This document shows, one piece after another, positions 36,329 through 45,953 of a stretch of DNA of 64,000 bases (positions within the stretch are counted from its first letter, which is position 1; every line of letters starts with the position of its first letter). Source of the stretch: Patescibacteria group bacterium (GTDB lineage: Bacteria > Patescibacteriota > Minisyncoccia > 2-02-FULL-40-12 > GWA2-44-9); the NCBI GenBank assembly GCA_038064455.1, contig JBBTTB010000006.1, forward strand, positions 5,147 through 69,146, in the 5' to 3' direction. The notes under the pieces are model-generated. The model did no database searches. It saw only the letters and a program-made list of their open reading frames with translations, and was not told the DNA's origin. Both the position numbers and the translations under genes were made by a program.

Positions 36329-37684
36329 ATGGATATCCGCGTTCGCATTGCGCCTTCACCGACGGGCCTTTTACATATCGGAACCGCTCGTACGGCGCTT
36401 TTTAACTGGCTCTTTGCGCGACACGTTGGCGGCGCATTTTTGATACGTATTGAAGATACTGACAAAGAGCGTTCTACAAAAGCGTTCGAAGACGACGTCC
36501 TCAATGGCCTCGCATGGCTTGGTCTCACACCCGATGAAGCTATCGTGCGTCAGTCAGAGCGTACGCACATCTATACGGCCCGCCTAGAGCAGCTTCTCGC
36601 TGAAGGAAGGGCATTCTGGTGCCATCATACAAAAGAAGAACTTAATAGTGAGCGCGCACAACAGACCGAAAGAAAGGAAGCGCTCGTGCACGTGTGTTCT
36701 CATAAACATGAAGCGCGCGGCAAAGAAGTCGGGGAGGTTATTCGTCTTGTAGGTGCTACTGCATCGCGCCCACTCGTTTTCCCTGATGTGATTCGTGGAG
36801 ACATCGCTTCTGATGCGCTTCTTCTCGGCGACATGGCGATCGCAAAGGACGTACACGAGCCCCTCTATAATTTTGCCGTTGTCGTCGATGATGCCGACAT
36901 GCGCATCTCTCATGTGGTTCGTGGTGATGACCATATCTCGAATACGCCAAAACAGATGCTTATTGCAGAGGCGCTCGGTGTTGCGCAACCGTTGTTTGCG
37001 CACGTCCCACTTATTCTAGGCACCGATCGATCTAAAATGTCGAAACGCGATGGTGCAACATCGATCATGGAATACAAAGAGGATTTCCTACCTGAAGCTC
37101 TCGTGAATTTTATTGGCGCGCTTGGGTACACGTATGATGCCGAGCTGCTTTCAAAGGAAGACATGGCGAAGGCATTTGAGCTCTCGCGCGTGCATGCAAG
37201 TGGTGCCGTATTTGATCAAGCGAAATTACACTGGATGAATGCGCAGTATATTCGGAAACTTACTCCAGATACACTTCGTGATCTTGCACATGTTCCTGAA
37301 ATGCCCGATGCGGCATTCCCGTTTGTCAGTGATCGTCTTGATCGTTTACGCGATGTGAGCTCGTTCTCATTCTTCTGGGAAGATCCGCAATACGATGCGA
37401 CGCTCCTTTCGTGGAAAGGCGCACCGCTTGCCGATGCGCAAAAAGCGCTTGGCCGAGCACACGACATGTTGAAAGAGCTCGCCGTGCATGATGCCGCTTC
37501 TGTGCGCGTAGTATTAGAAAATATCGCGGGTGAGTTTGGTGGTCGTGGACCGGTGTTCTGGCCGGTACGCGTCGCGCTATCAGGGAAAGAGAAATCGCCG
37601 GACCCCGCAGATATTGCGGGAGTGATTGGTCGAGATGCCACATTACGTCGCATTGATCACGCGTTGTCGCTCTGCACTGTATAA
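36329..37684 (+). CDS. gltX: Glutamyl-tRNA synthetase.
   Basis: RVRIAPSPTGLLHIGTARTALFNW.. HIGH region. KMSKRDG motif. Confidence 0.9.
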   Translation: MDIRVRIAPSPTGLLHIGTARTALFNWLFARHVGGAFLIRIEDTDKERSTKAFEDDVLNGLAWLGLTPDEAIVRQSERTHIYTARLEQLLAEGRAFWCHHTKEELNSERAQQTERKEALVHVCSHKHEARGKEVGEVIRLVGATASRPLVFPDVIRGDIASDALLLGDMAIAKDVHEPLYNFAVVVDDADMRISHVVRGDDHISNTPKQMLIAEALGVAQPLFAHVPLILGTDRSKMSKRDGATSIMEYKEDFLPEALVNFIGALGYTYDAELLSKEDMAKAFELSRVHASGAVFDQAKLHWMNAQYIRKLTPDTLRDLAHVPEMPDAAFPFVSDRLDRLRDVSSFSFFWEDPQYDATLLSWKGAPLADAQKALGRAHDMLKELAVHDAASVRVVLENIAGEFGGRGPVFWPVRVALSGKEKSPDPADIAGVIGRDATLRRIDHALSLCTV

Positions 37685-37686
37685 CT

Positions 37687-38931
37687 ATGCGTATTTTTAC
37701 TTCAATTCTTTTAGCAACGAGTATCTTCTCCTTCTTTGTGCCCATTGAAGCTTTCGCGGCGGAAGATCCTCGAGTTATTGAATTGCGCCAGCAGATTCAA
37801 GCACTTGAACAGCAGGCGAGTCAGTATAAATCAAACATTGCTGATGAGCGTTCAAAAGCCGATTCTCTCCGAAAAGAAATTAATCTGCTCAATACACAAA
37901 TCCAAAGCATTGAAAATCAACTTGCATTGACGGGTAAAAAAATAGAGCGAACTACGTTTGAAATTCGCGGCGTGGAAGGCACTATCGGAGAAAAAGAAAT
38001 ATCCATATCACGAAAGAAAGAATCAATCGGCCGCCTCGTGTTCGCACTCGACCAACATGATCAAGAAAACATGCTCGAACTTCTCATGAAGAGCTCGAGT
38101 ATGTCTGATTTCTTGCGGCAAGAGCAATATGCAGAAAGTGTCGCGCAAGAACTCCTTAACGTTATTGAAGGGCTTAAGCACGAAAAGGCGGTACTTGAAG
38201 GGGATAGGCAGGAGTTGAAAGTAAAAGAGCGCGAGCTGGAGCAACTAAGCGTCGAACAGCTCAACACAAAACTCTCATTGGGTTCTGCAAAATCTGGTAA
38301 GAATACGTTGCTCACGCGAACGAAGGGTCAAGAAGCCGAGTATCAAAAAATGTTGAAAGAGATTGAAAAGCGACAGGCAGAATTCTTTGCCGACCTTATC
38401 GAACTAGAACAAAAAGTTATTGCGGGAGGTTTCTATAATGTGCGCGTGCAAGCACAAAACGTACCACCAAAAGGAACAAAGATTTTCCAACCGCCGTATC
38501 CAAAAGGGGAGTATGTTATCACCCAGGGCTTTGGGATGACGTCGTATGCACGACGTGGGGCATACGGAGGCAAGCCGCATAGTGGTGTTGACCTTGTTGC
38601 GGGGCATGGCACTCCCGTGCGATCGATCGGTGATGGCGTTATTATTGCGAGCGGTCTTAAAAACCCTGGATGGGGGAATTGGATTGCAGTCAAACATCCG
38701 AACGATCTCGTGAGTGTATATGGTCACATGAGTTCGGTGGTACCGTTTGGCCAGGGTGCCGCAGTGCAGGTGGGAACGGTCATTGGATTTGAAGGTTCAA
38801 CAGGCAACTCAACGGGATCACACCTTCACTTGAGTTTATATAAAGAATTTTTCACGTACACGAACGAAAGCAACGGTATGCTCTACTTTAACTATTTGCA
38901 GGGGACTATTAACGCACTTGATTACATGTAG
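37687..38931 (+). CDS. M23/LytM-family peptidoglycan endopeptidase with an N-terminal coiled-coil (EnvC-like).
   Basis: Signal peptide, a long coiled-coil, and M23 motifs HSGVDL...HLHLSLY. Confidence 0.75.
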   Translation: MRIFTSILLATSIFSFFVPIEAFAAEDPRVIELRQQIQALEQQASQYKSNIADERSKADSLRKEINLLNTQIQSIENQLALTGKKIERTTFEIRGVEGTIGEKEISISRKKESIGRLVFALDQHDQENMLELLMKSSSMSDFLRQEQYAESVAQELLNVIEGLKHEKAVLEGDRQELKVKERELEQLSVEQLNTKLSLGSAKSGKNTLLTRTKGQEAEYQKMLKEIEKRQAEFFADLIELEQKVIAGGFYNVRVQAQNVPPKGTKIFQPPYPKGEYVITQGFGMTSYARRGAYGGKPHSGVDLVAGHGTPVRSIGDGVIIASGLKNPGWGNWIAVKHPNDLVSVYGHMSSVVPFGQGAAVQVGTVIGFEGSTGNSTGSHLHLSLYKEFFTYTNESNGMLYFNYLQGTINALDYM

Positions 38932-38933
38932 CC

Positions 38934-40187
38934 ATGAGAACAGGAACTATTCTTATTCTTGGCGGTGGCTTTGCAGGAGTACGTACAGCACTCGATCTTG
39001 AAAAGACGCTCGGTGCGCGAGCGAATATTATCTTAGTAGATAAGAACCCATACCACCTCTTCTTGCCAGCACTCTATGAGGTTGCTGCAGCGTATGGTGC
39101 ACCACATGATCCATACACCATTATGTTGCGCCGTACTGTCGCCATCCCATTTAAGGATATCTTCGAAGGTAAGCGCATCACTCACATGCAGGCATCTGTG
39201 CTTGATGGAGATCTCGAACGGCGGATCATCCGCACGGACACAGGAATAGAAATTCCATATGACTTTCTTGTAGTTGGCTTGGGGAGTGAGGCTTCCGATT
39301 TTGGCATTTCTGGCGTCACCGATTATGTATACGGCTTTAAAACCCTTGATGACGCGATTGCCATTAATACTCGCCTCACCGATCTATTCCAAGAGGCAGA
39401 GCGGGGTGAGCGACGACTCCCCATTCGCGTTCTTGTGTGTGGTGCAGGTTTTACTGGTATTGAAACAGCTACAGAAATTGGCTCATGTGTGAAAAAATTT
39501 GCACGTGAGTGTAAGCTCCGTGGCCAGCCGACACACATCACGCTCTTTGATGCGAACTCCGATCTGTTGCCCAACGTTTCCGATGGTGAGCGTGAACGTA
39601 TAAAAACGCGCCTAACCGCTCGTGGTGTAGCGCTTGTATCTGGTGCCCGCGTTTCTTCAATCGAGTCTTCTTGTATTCATCTCGCTGATGGCCGCAGCTT
39701 TGATGGAGATATCATTATCTGGACCGCGGGCGTCCGTGCCCCGGGCGTCCTAGAGCGGATACACGGCCTTGATCTCACGCCTCAAGGTAAAATGGTCGTT
39801 GATGAGCAATTGAATATGCGACGGTATCCGAATGTATTTGGTGTTGGTGACGCAATTCATTTTATGGATCACGCGACTCAAAAACCAATTCCTGCTATGG
39901 CATACCTTGCTATGGATCATGGGAAGATCGCCGCACAAAATATTTTAAGAGTGATTGAAGGTAAAGAACTTCGCACACACAAACCCTCGTACGGTGTGTG
40001 GGTTGCTCCTGTTGGAGGCAAGTATGCTGTTGCACGTCTTCCCGGAGGCATCGTCTTTGGGGGTTTCGCCGCATGGCTCTTTCGAGAGTTCATCGATCTC
40101 CATTATTTCATTTCCATCTTACCGTTTAAAAAAGCCCTCTCACTTTTTTGGAGAGAGATAAAAGTTTTTACTGCGAACGATTTGTAG
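38934..40187 (+). CDS. ndh: Type II NADH dehydrogenase (NDH-2)/FAD-dependent pyridine nucleotide-disulfide oxidoreductase.
   Basis: Two Rossmann GxGxxG motifs (ILGGGFAG, VCGAGFTG). NDH-2-like spacing. C-terminal amphipathic tail. Confidence 0.7.
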   Translation: MRTGTILILGGGFAGVRTALDLEKTLGARANIILVDKNPYHLFLPALYEVAAAYGAPHDPYTIMLRRTVAIPFKDIFEGKRITHMQASVLDGDLERRIIRTDTGIEIPYDFLVVGLGSEASDFGISGVTDYVYGFKTLDDAIAINTRLTDLFQEAERGERRLPIRVLVCGAGFTGIETATEIGSCVKKFARECKLRGQPTHITLFDANSDLLPNVSDGERERIKTRLTARGVALVSGARVSSIESSCIHLADGRSFDGDIIIWTAGVRAPGVLERIHGLDLTPQGKMVVDEQLNMRRYPNVFGVGDAIHFMDHATQKPIPAMAYLAMDHGKIAAQNILRVIEGKELRTHKPSYGVWVAPVGGKYAVARLPGGIVFGGFAAWLFREFIDLHYFISILPFKKALSLFWREIKVFTANDL

Positions 40188-40465
40188 CGACCCATAGATC
40201 GCGCAGGGGAGAGGAGTGTCTTTTTTATGGAGGTGTCCCCCGGCATATGGCAGGGAAGTGGTTATGCGGAGGAGAGGGATAGAAGGAAGTGGCGCACTTA
40301 AAAAATGTTTCATGCGCACGCGGCGACATGATCAACGCACCGCAGATTAAGAAAGAGGACATTGTGCGGGATTATTAAAAGTTCTTATTTCAAAGGCTTT
40401 TCAGAAGACCCTACGTCGCATAACCTATATTGTGCGACAGTCTCTCCTATGCGCGATATGGCGGT

Positions 40466-40500
40466 TTATATAAAAATCAAAGCGGCCCGGGTGTGGGCCG
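40466..40500 (-). terminator. Rho-independent terminator for the minus-strand gene 40544-40900.
   Basis: On the minus strand, GCGGCCC-acaccc-GGGCCGC followed by TTTGATTTTTAT. Confidence 0.7.
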
Positions 40501-40543
40501 CTCTCCTGTTTTTGATCTCTGCCTCCTCTTGTAAGGATGCCTC

Positions 40544-40900
40544 TTATCTCCTTTCAGCCCCTTGGCACTCTTTGGCTCCGACCCTGACCTTTAGGCACCC
40601 CGCACCCTTATCCAGGTCATACGGGTGCATGTGGATCAAGAACTTGCCTCCAGGAGCCTCCAGACGTGTCACCGTGGGTGCGTTGACCTTCGTAGCGCCG
40701 TCTGCAACGACGCACACGCGGTCAACGGGAATCGTTCCGAACGCTTCAGCGCCTTGTGGGTTCAGCTCGATATACATCACGCCGAGCAACTCGTGTACGT
40801 CGGCGAACCTGCCGCACGTTGCGCGTTCATGTACTGGCAACAGTGTTTTCGTTTCGCCAACGAGAAACACCTGCGCAGCCATCAAAAACAGAAATTTCAT
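40544..40900 (-). CDS. Small secreted hypothetical protein (118 aa) with a signal peptide.
   Basis: GGAGG RBS. MKFLFLMAAQVFLVGET signal. Own terminator. Preferred over the overlapping plus-strand ORF 40362-40937. Confidence 0.45.
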   Translation of the reverse strand: MKFLFLMAAQVFLVGETKTLLPVHERATCGRFADVHELLGVMYIELNPQGAEAFGTIPVDRVCVVADGATKVNAPTVTRLEAPGGKFLIHMHPYDLDKGAGCLKVRVGAKECQGAERR

Positions 40901-40976
40901 CTCCGCCTCCAAAACATATTATACAATAATAATGTAAATAATCAAATATACGCCACGGTATGCTCTTGATACACTA

Positions 40977-41663
40977 ATGTCCATGTCCCGCCTCATATTT
41001 GATATCGAAACCGTTGGAGCCGATTTTGAGAGCTTTGATGCCACAACGCAGGAGTACCTCCTCTCCAGTGCGAAAACGCCCGAAGAGCAAGATTTAGTAC
41101 GTGATCGCATGGGGTTCTCTCCACTTACAGGAGAAATCGTGGCTATTTCCATTTTAAACCCCGACACCCACAAAGGAGCTACGTTTTTTCAGGCACCCGA
41201 GAGTAACCTTGAGCCGTATACAAAAGATGACGTGCAATATGTCCCCAGCACCGAAAAAGAGATCCTCCAACGCTTTTGGGACGCCGCGCGCTACTACGAT
41301 CAGTTCATCACCTTCAACGGACGCGCATTTGATGCACCGTTTGTGATTGTGCGCTCTGCGGTGCACAGCGTGCATCCTACGCGTGATCTAATGCCTAATC
41401 GGTACAGCGGTGAAGGTCACGTAGACCTTTTTGACCGCCTCTCGTTCTTTGGTGCGGTGCGGAAGACCATGAGCCTCCACATGTGGTGCCAAGCGTTTGG
41501 TATCGCAAGCTCGAAAGCTGATGGAGTCACGGGTGATGATGTGGCTCGCCTGTTCATGGAAAAGAAGTATACCGATATCGCTGAATACTGTTTCCGTGAT
41601 GTGGTTGCTACCGCGGAGTTATTTAAGATCTGGGAGACGTATATGCAACCTCCCCGAAGATAA
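40977..41663 (+). CDS. DnaQ-like (DEDDh) 3'-5' exonuclease of the PolB-exonuclease-related family.
   Basis: Exo I motif LIFDIETVGA. RNase H-like fold pattern with later Asp/His motifs (..FNGRAFDAPF.., ..HVDLFD..). Confidence 0.6.
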   Translation: MSMSRLIFDIETVGADFESFDATTQEYLLSSAKTPEEQDLVRDRMGFSPLTGEIVAISILNPDTHKGATFFQAPESNLEPYTKDDVQYVPSTEKEILQRFWDAARYYDQFITFNGRAFDAPFVIVRSAVHSVHPTRDLMPNRYSGEGHVDLFDRLSFFGAVRKTMSLHMWCQAFGIASSKADGVTGDDVARLFMEKKYTDIAEYCFRDVVATAELFKIWETYMQPPRR

Positions 41664-42406
41664 TGAACGAATATTCAAGCGTCGCAGACTTTCGTGCAAA
41701 AGCGGGCTACGAACATGGCGGCATGTGGTATCCCCGTGTTACCTCTATTCTTTCTATTAAGGCAAAGCCTGCGCTGTATGCGTTCTATGGTCGCATGCCA
41801 AGCTTTGCGGCCGGCAAAGCAATGACCGAGCGCTCAGCACAAGAAGGCACTGCGGTGCACGAAGCAGTAGAGAACATCCTTCGAGGCAAAGTAGAGGAGC
41901 CATCCCCCGCCGTATTACCAAGTGTGCGCGCCTTTCAAGCATTTCTCATGGCGCATGATGTAAAACCGTTAAGTATAGAAGAGCCGGTTATAAATGATGA
42001 GCACCACTACATTGGCACCCTTGATGTGCTCGCCGAGATCGATGGCCGCGTGGGTGTGCTAGACATTAAAACTTCAAAAGGCATTTACCGTGAATATGGT
42101 ATGCAAACGGCGGCCTATATTGGTGCCCTTCAAGAACGTGGCACACTCCCCGACCTCACGAGTTGGGTCATTCGCCTGGATCAACACAAGGAATGCGAAA
42201 CATGTGGTGCGCGCATGCGTTCAAAAGGTGGTATGCCTACGGTGCGTGGCGGTGTTTATACGTGCAGACACACATGGTCACCCGAACATGGCGAATATGA
42301 ATTTAGTGAACTCCTCGACACCCAGCACAACTTTGAAGCATTCCTTGCCGCAAAGAAGCTCTGGGAATGGGAGCACGTAGCGTTTCTGAAAGAAATTGCC
42401 AAATAA
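41663..42406 (+). CDS. PD-(D/E)xK nuclease of the RecB/Cas4-like family with a C-terminal Cys cluster.
   Basis: Motifs E (HEAVE), D (IGTLDVLAE), D-x-K (GVLDIKTSK) and QxxxY (QTAAYIGAL). Followed by C-x2-C...C-x-H (CETCGAR...CRH). Start overlaps the exonuclease stop (ATGA). Confidence 0.6.
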   Translation: MNEYSSVADFRAKAGYEHGGMWYPRVTSILSIKAKPALYAFYGRMPSFAAGKAMTERSAQEGTAVHEAVENILRGKVEEPSPAVLPSVRAFQAFLMAHDVKPLSIEEPVINDEHHYIGTLDVLAEIDGRVGVLDIKTSKGIYREYGMQTAAYIGALQERGTLPDLTSWVIRLDQHKECETCGARMRSKGGMPTVRGGVYTCRHTWSPEHGEYEFSELLDTQHNFEAFLAAKKLWEWEHVAFLKEIAK

Positions 42407-42448
42407 AGAGAGCGATGGTACGATTTTCCCTTCGAAGGAGGCGGTGAG

Positions 42449-42658
42449 ATGATTACGCTCGACATTGAAGTTGACCTGACAGCAGAGGGCCTGTGCGCAC
42501 TTGATGAGATGGGCGAACATTGGGGACGCTCCAAAAGCGAGCTCGCCATCCTCGGCTGGACGCTCTTGATGCAGGCGCGTCTCTGCCATACGGAGGGAAC
42601 GCCTATCGAATGCACGCTCCCCGACGGCACAGTCGTGAGGATCTCTGCCCTGAAGTAG
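42449..42658 (+). CDS. Ribbon-helix-helix (CopG/Arc-like) DNA-binding protein.
   Basis: GAAGGAGG RBS. ..LDEMGEHWGRSKSELAILGW.. matches the RHH signature (LDELAxxxGRSRSELI). Confidence 0.5.
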   Translation: MITLDIEVDLTAEGLCALDEMGEHWGRSKSELAILGWTLLMQARLCHTEGTPIECTLPDGTVVRISALK

Positions 42659-42662
42659 GCAT

Positions 42663-42696
42663 GCCCCCCGCACCATTGCGGGGGTTCGTTTTTATC
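42663..42696 (+). terminator. Rho-independent terminator.
   Basis: CCCCCGC-accatt-GCGGGGG followed by TTCGTTTTT. Confidence 0.8.
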
Positions 42697-43120
42697 TGCA
42701 ATTATCCGCCAGAGAGTATCCTGCCGCTTGGGCGGCGAGTTCATTATCGAACCAGAGTTTGTTTTCTTCTTTAATACGCGAAACACCAGAGCACCAGCTG
42801 TAGTGGTACTTCTTACTGGAAGAGCTTTTTGAAACCACCACGCGGGCATCTCGAGGCGCTTGCGGTGCCGGGGTTTTGCCGCCCCCTATCCCCGCCTGGC
42901 TCGCAAGCTGTGCTGTGAATATCTGCGCGCCGTCTTCTATGGTAATGGGTGCTACGGTGCCGCTTTCCTGTGACTTGAGGCCTAATTGGTAGCTGATAAA
43001 GGCAATGGCGACCATGCACAGCACGACAAAGATCTCGTGGAATGAGCGCTTGACGAATGTAGCTGTTTTTGCTAGGATTTCTCTCACGTTTATTAGTTTA
43101 CACGATCCGCTATGGCACAT
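42692..43120 (-). CDS. Hypothetical membrane-anchored protein with a conserved-looking C-terminal Cys-containing domain.
   Basis: TM helix FVVLCMVAIAFISY. C-terminus KYHYSWCSGVSRIKEENKLWFDNELAAQAAGYSLADNC, vaguely like the Ada N-terminal metal-binding layout. Start is uncertain: 43120 overlaps the divergent rpmA, and the alternative is 43015. Confidence 0.3.
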   Translation of the reverse strand: MCHSGSCKLINVREILAKTATFVKRSFHEIFVVLCMVAIAFISYQLGLKSQESGTVAPITIEDGAQIFTAQLASQAGIGGGKTPAPQAPRDARVVVSKSSSSKKYHYSWCSGVSRIKEENKLWFDNELAAQAAGYSLADNCR

Positions 43121-43396
43121 ACAAAGGCAATAGGTTCAACACAACTTGGACGCGACTCACAGCCAAAATATCGTGGCGTGAAGTTGCATGACGGACAAAA
43201 GGCAGCAGCCGGTAACGTGATCATCCGTCAAACGGGTAGCACGTACCTCGCTGGTGACGGTGTCCGCGTTGGCAAAGACTACACACTCTATGCCGCGCAT
43301 GATGGCATTGTTCGCTTTACCACTACTCGTAAAATGAACTATGATGGCTCACGTCGCGTAGCGAAAGTGGTCCACGTTATTCCTGCAAAGAGCTAA
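43112..43396 (+). CDS. rpmA: 50S ribosomal protein L27.
   Basis: MAHTKAIGSTQLGRDSQPKYRGVK... is a canonical L27. Confidence 0.9.
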   Translation: MAHTKAIGSTQLGRDSQPKYRGVKLHDGQKAAAGNVIIRQTGSTYLAGDGVRVGKDYTLYAAHDGIVRFTTTRKMNYDGSRRVAKVVHVIPAKS

Positions 43397-43404
43397 TCAC
43401 AAGC

Positions 43405-43438
43405 CTCGAGAAAACACCGCCCCATGGGCGGTGTTTTT
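43405..43438. terminator. Bidirectional Rho-independent terminator between convergent rpmA and rplI.
   Basis: ACACCGCCC-atg-GGCGGTGT followed by TTTTTG. Confidence 0.8.
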
Positions 43439-43439
43439 G

Positions 43440-43895
43440 TTACTCCTCGGTGCCAGTGATGGTGACCATGACGGGCGCCTCGACTTCCTCAAAGAGGTTG
43501 AGCGTGGCAGTGTGTTCGCCCACTGTTTTTATGGCATGTTCGGCGATATGTACGGCGTCTACTTCCACAGATACCCCTAATTGCTTCAAAATGGCCTCTG
43601 CGAGCTCTTTTCGGCCCACTGCGGCAAAGAGGGTGCCTGAAGCGTTTGCCTTCTCCTGGAGCGAAATATGGGCTCCGGAAAGCTTATCTCGTAAGGCAAG
43701 GGCCGTATCGCGCTCTTCTGCCATAAGGAGGCCTCGCTTTTCCTGAAGAGCGGCAGCTTCTTTTTCAGCGTTCTCGGTTGCGAACTTCGCAATGCCACGA
43801 GGGATGAGAAAGTTGCGTGCATAGCCATCGGTCACCGTTTTAATGTCCCCGATCTTGGCTACACCGCGGACGTTGTGCAAGAAGATTACTTTCAT
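43440..43895 (-). CDS. rplI: 50S ribosomal protein L9.
   Basis: [32 protein letters not shown].. is a canonical L9. Confidence 0.9.
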   Translation of the reverse strand: MKVIFLHNVRGVAKIGDIKTVTDGYARNFLIPRGIAKFATENAEKEAAALQEKRGLLMAEERDTALALRDKLSGAHISLQEKANASGTLFAAVGRKELAEAILKQLGVSVEVDAVHIAEHAIKTVGEHTATLNLFEEVEAPVMVTITGTEE

Positions 43896-43904
43896 AAGTG
43901 GGTA

Positions 43905-45131
43905 TTATTTCAGGAGTTCGAGTGCTTTGTCAAGTTGTGGATCTTTGCCCGGAGTGCCAAACACTACCGTTCCTGCCGTGATTGCATCTTCGGAGAGCAC
44001 TACTTTTACATCCGGCTCGATCCCCTTTTCTGAAATAGAGATACCATTTGGCGTAAGCCAGCGCGCAACAGTGACTTTGAGCGCAGAACCTCCGGGGAAT
44101 TCAATGACTTCTTGCACAGAACCCTTGCCGAACGTCTTTTCACCTACGATGCGGATACTGCGAACATCATGGAGCGCGCCGGCAAGAATCTCTGACGCCG
44201 AAGCAGAGCCGCCATTGGTAAGAATAACGATCGAGTAGTCGCGAAGCTCTGGCTCGCCAGAAGTGCGAAAGACATTTTCGCTTCCATCACCAAACCGTTC
44301 AATGGTGACGGTGCTTCCTGGATCCAAGAACCATCCAGCAATATACACGGAAGAATCCAAGAGGCCTCCCGGGTTACTGCGAAGATCAAGAATGATATTC
44401 TTTGCACTTGTCTTTTGGATCTCGCGCGCCGCTTTGCGGAATTCATCGTCAACATTCTGGTTAAATGTTGAAAGCTCTATATATGCAGTGTTGGCATTTA
44501 AGAGGGACCACTCCACTGCGGGGATGCGGATGTTTTCACGCACCATGGCAATATCGGCATCGGGGTTGCCGTTGCGACGAATAGAAAGCGTGACCGTGCT
44601 TCCACGACTGCCACGAATAAGAGTGACAGCTTCTTCTACCGTCATGTCGGCCGTTGTTTTTTTATCGATAGCGAGAATAATATCTCCCGTGCGAACGCCA
44701 GCACGAAATGCGGGAGTATTTTTGATCGGAGAAATGACCGTGAGAAGATCGTTTCGTTTGCCAATCTCAATGCCGACACCGGAGAACGTTCCGGAGATCT
44801 CATCGCGGAACTTTTTATTCGTCACCGGCTCAAAAAAGACAGTGTATTGATCACCCGCCGCTTGGATCATGCCCGCGATGGCGCCATAGATAAGATCTTG
44901 TGTGCTTAGTTTCTCTGAATCAACAAAACGTTCATGAAGCGCATCCCACGCATTCCAAAAGAGTGTGAAGTCGACATCAGCAGGTTGGCCAACATTCTCT
45001 CGTACCAGCGTGCTCGCATGTTGCAAGGAACCACCAAGTGACCCCTCATCAGCAACAGATCCTAATATAAAACCAGCAGCGAGTGCTGCGAGGATACCTC
45101 CAAGTAATGTTAATTTTATGTGTCGTTCCAT
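43905..45131 (-). CDS. ctpA: Carboxyl-terminal processing protease (S41, CtpA/Prc-like) with a PDZ domain.
   Basis: PDZ (GVGIEIG...GDIILAIDKK) and S41 catalytic region (LDLRSNPGGLL..., TNGGSASASEILAGAL). Confidence 0.8.
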   Translation of the reverse strand: MERHIKLTLLGGILAALAAGFILGSVADEGSLGGSLQHASTLVRENVGQPADVDFTLFWNAWDALHERFVDSEKLSTQDLIYGAIAGMIQAAGDQYTVFFEPVTNKKFRDEISGTFSGVGIEIGKRNDLLTVISPIKNTPAFRAGVRTGDIILAIDKKTTADMTVEEAVTLIRGSRGSTVTLSIRRNGNPDADIAMVRENIRIPAVEWSLLNANTAYIELSTFNQNVDDEFRKAAREIQKTSAKNIILDLRSNPGGLLDSSVYIAGWFLDPGSTVTIERFGDGSENVFRTSGEPELRDYSIVILTNGGSASASEILAGALHDVRSIRIVGEKTFGKGSVQEVIEFPGGSALKVTVARWLTPNGISISEKGIEPDVKVVLSEDAITAGTVVFGTPGKDPQLDKALELLK

Positions 45132-45133
45132 TA

Positions 45134-45949
45134 TTATGTATGTAATCGCTGTGGGAATAATCCGTAGGTACGGAGATAGCGCATTCCGTCAAGAATGTGC
45201 CGTCGTGTCGTTTGTTTCATGAGCGCATCCCACAGCCAGAAGCGCCCCTTTGATTCACGTCGCAAGTAATGATACATGCGAGCACGTGATGCGCGGACAA
45301 CAGTGAGCCTATTGTCCCAAATACGTCGTGCCCAGTCAACGTCACTCAAGTAGTGAAAGAACGTTGGATTAAAAAAACCAACGCGTTGGAGCGTCTCGCG
45401 GCGCGTCATAAGTGCTGCACCAAGTGCCCAATCAACTTCTTGGAGCTCTTCTGTCTGCGCATTAGTATAGAGATACGCATTGAGTGCTTTTGTGCGTCCC
45501 GGGATCCACATGCGCCGCGCGAGAATACTTGAAAGCGTTGGCATGCGGAATGTTGAAGCTTGCACAGTGCCATCAAAATTGAAAAGTGTTGGCGCAACGA
45601 GTCCAATCGCGGGATGTTCCTCCAATGTATGCGCCAGCATTTCAAGCGAGCCATGTTCTGGGACGATATCGGGATTCAAAATACAGATATAATCCCCTGT
45701 CGCCCTCTCTACACCAAGGATATTTCCTTTTGTGTAGCCAGTATTCTCTGTACGAGGCACAAGCACAATGTTTTGAAAGAGCGCCGCGCCTTCATCGCGC
45801 ACCACTGCGCGTGTTTCTGGTGTGGAGGCACTATCAACGATGATCACCTCAAGGTCTGTGGTGGGTAAAACGGCACGCGAGAGTGATTGCAGTGCGAGGC
45901 GCAGAAGCGCTGGCCGCTGATAGTTCACAATAATGCAAGAAATACGCAT
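45134..45949 (-). CDS. Family 2 glycosyltransferase.
   Basis: ISCIIVNYQRPALL.., DxD-like ILNPD and other GT2 core features. Start is trimmed to Met20 of the track ORF to avoid a 53-nt overlap with the LCP gene. Confidence 0.65.
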   Translation of the reverse strand: MRISCIIVNYQRPALLRLALQSLSRAVLPTTDLEVIIVDSASTPETRAVVRDEGAALFQNIVLVPRTENTGYTKGNILGVERATGDYICILNPDIVPEHGSLEMLAHTLEEHPAIGLVAPTLFNFDGTVQASTFRMPTLSSILARRMWIPGRTKALNAYLYTNAQTEELQEVDWALGAALMTRRETLQRVGFFNPTFFHYLSDVDWARRIWDNRLTVVRASRARMYHYLRRESKGRFWLWDALMKQTTRRHILDGMRYLRTYGLFPQRLHT

Positions 45950-45953
45950 GTGA

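Noticed and set aside
36584-37003. Minus-strand 139-aa ORF inside gltX, and similar antisense ORFs inside dnaK, ftsI, priA and the glycosyltransferases.
   Set aside because: They are fully contained in well-supported conserved genes on the opposite strand.
40362-40937. 191-aa plus-strand ORF.
   Set aside because: It is antisense to the better-supported minus-strand gene at 40544-40900, which has an RBS, a signal peptide and a terminator. The plus ORF has Ser/Thr/Cys-rich antisense-like composition and no RBS.
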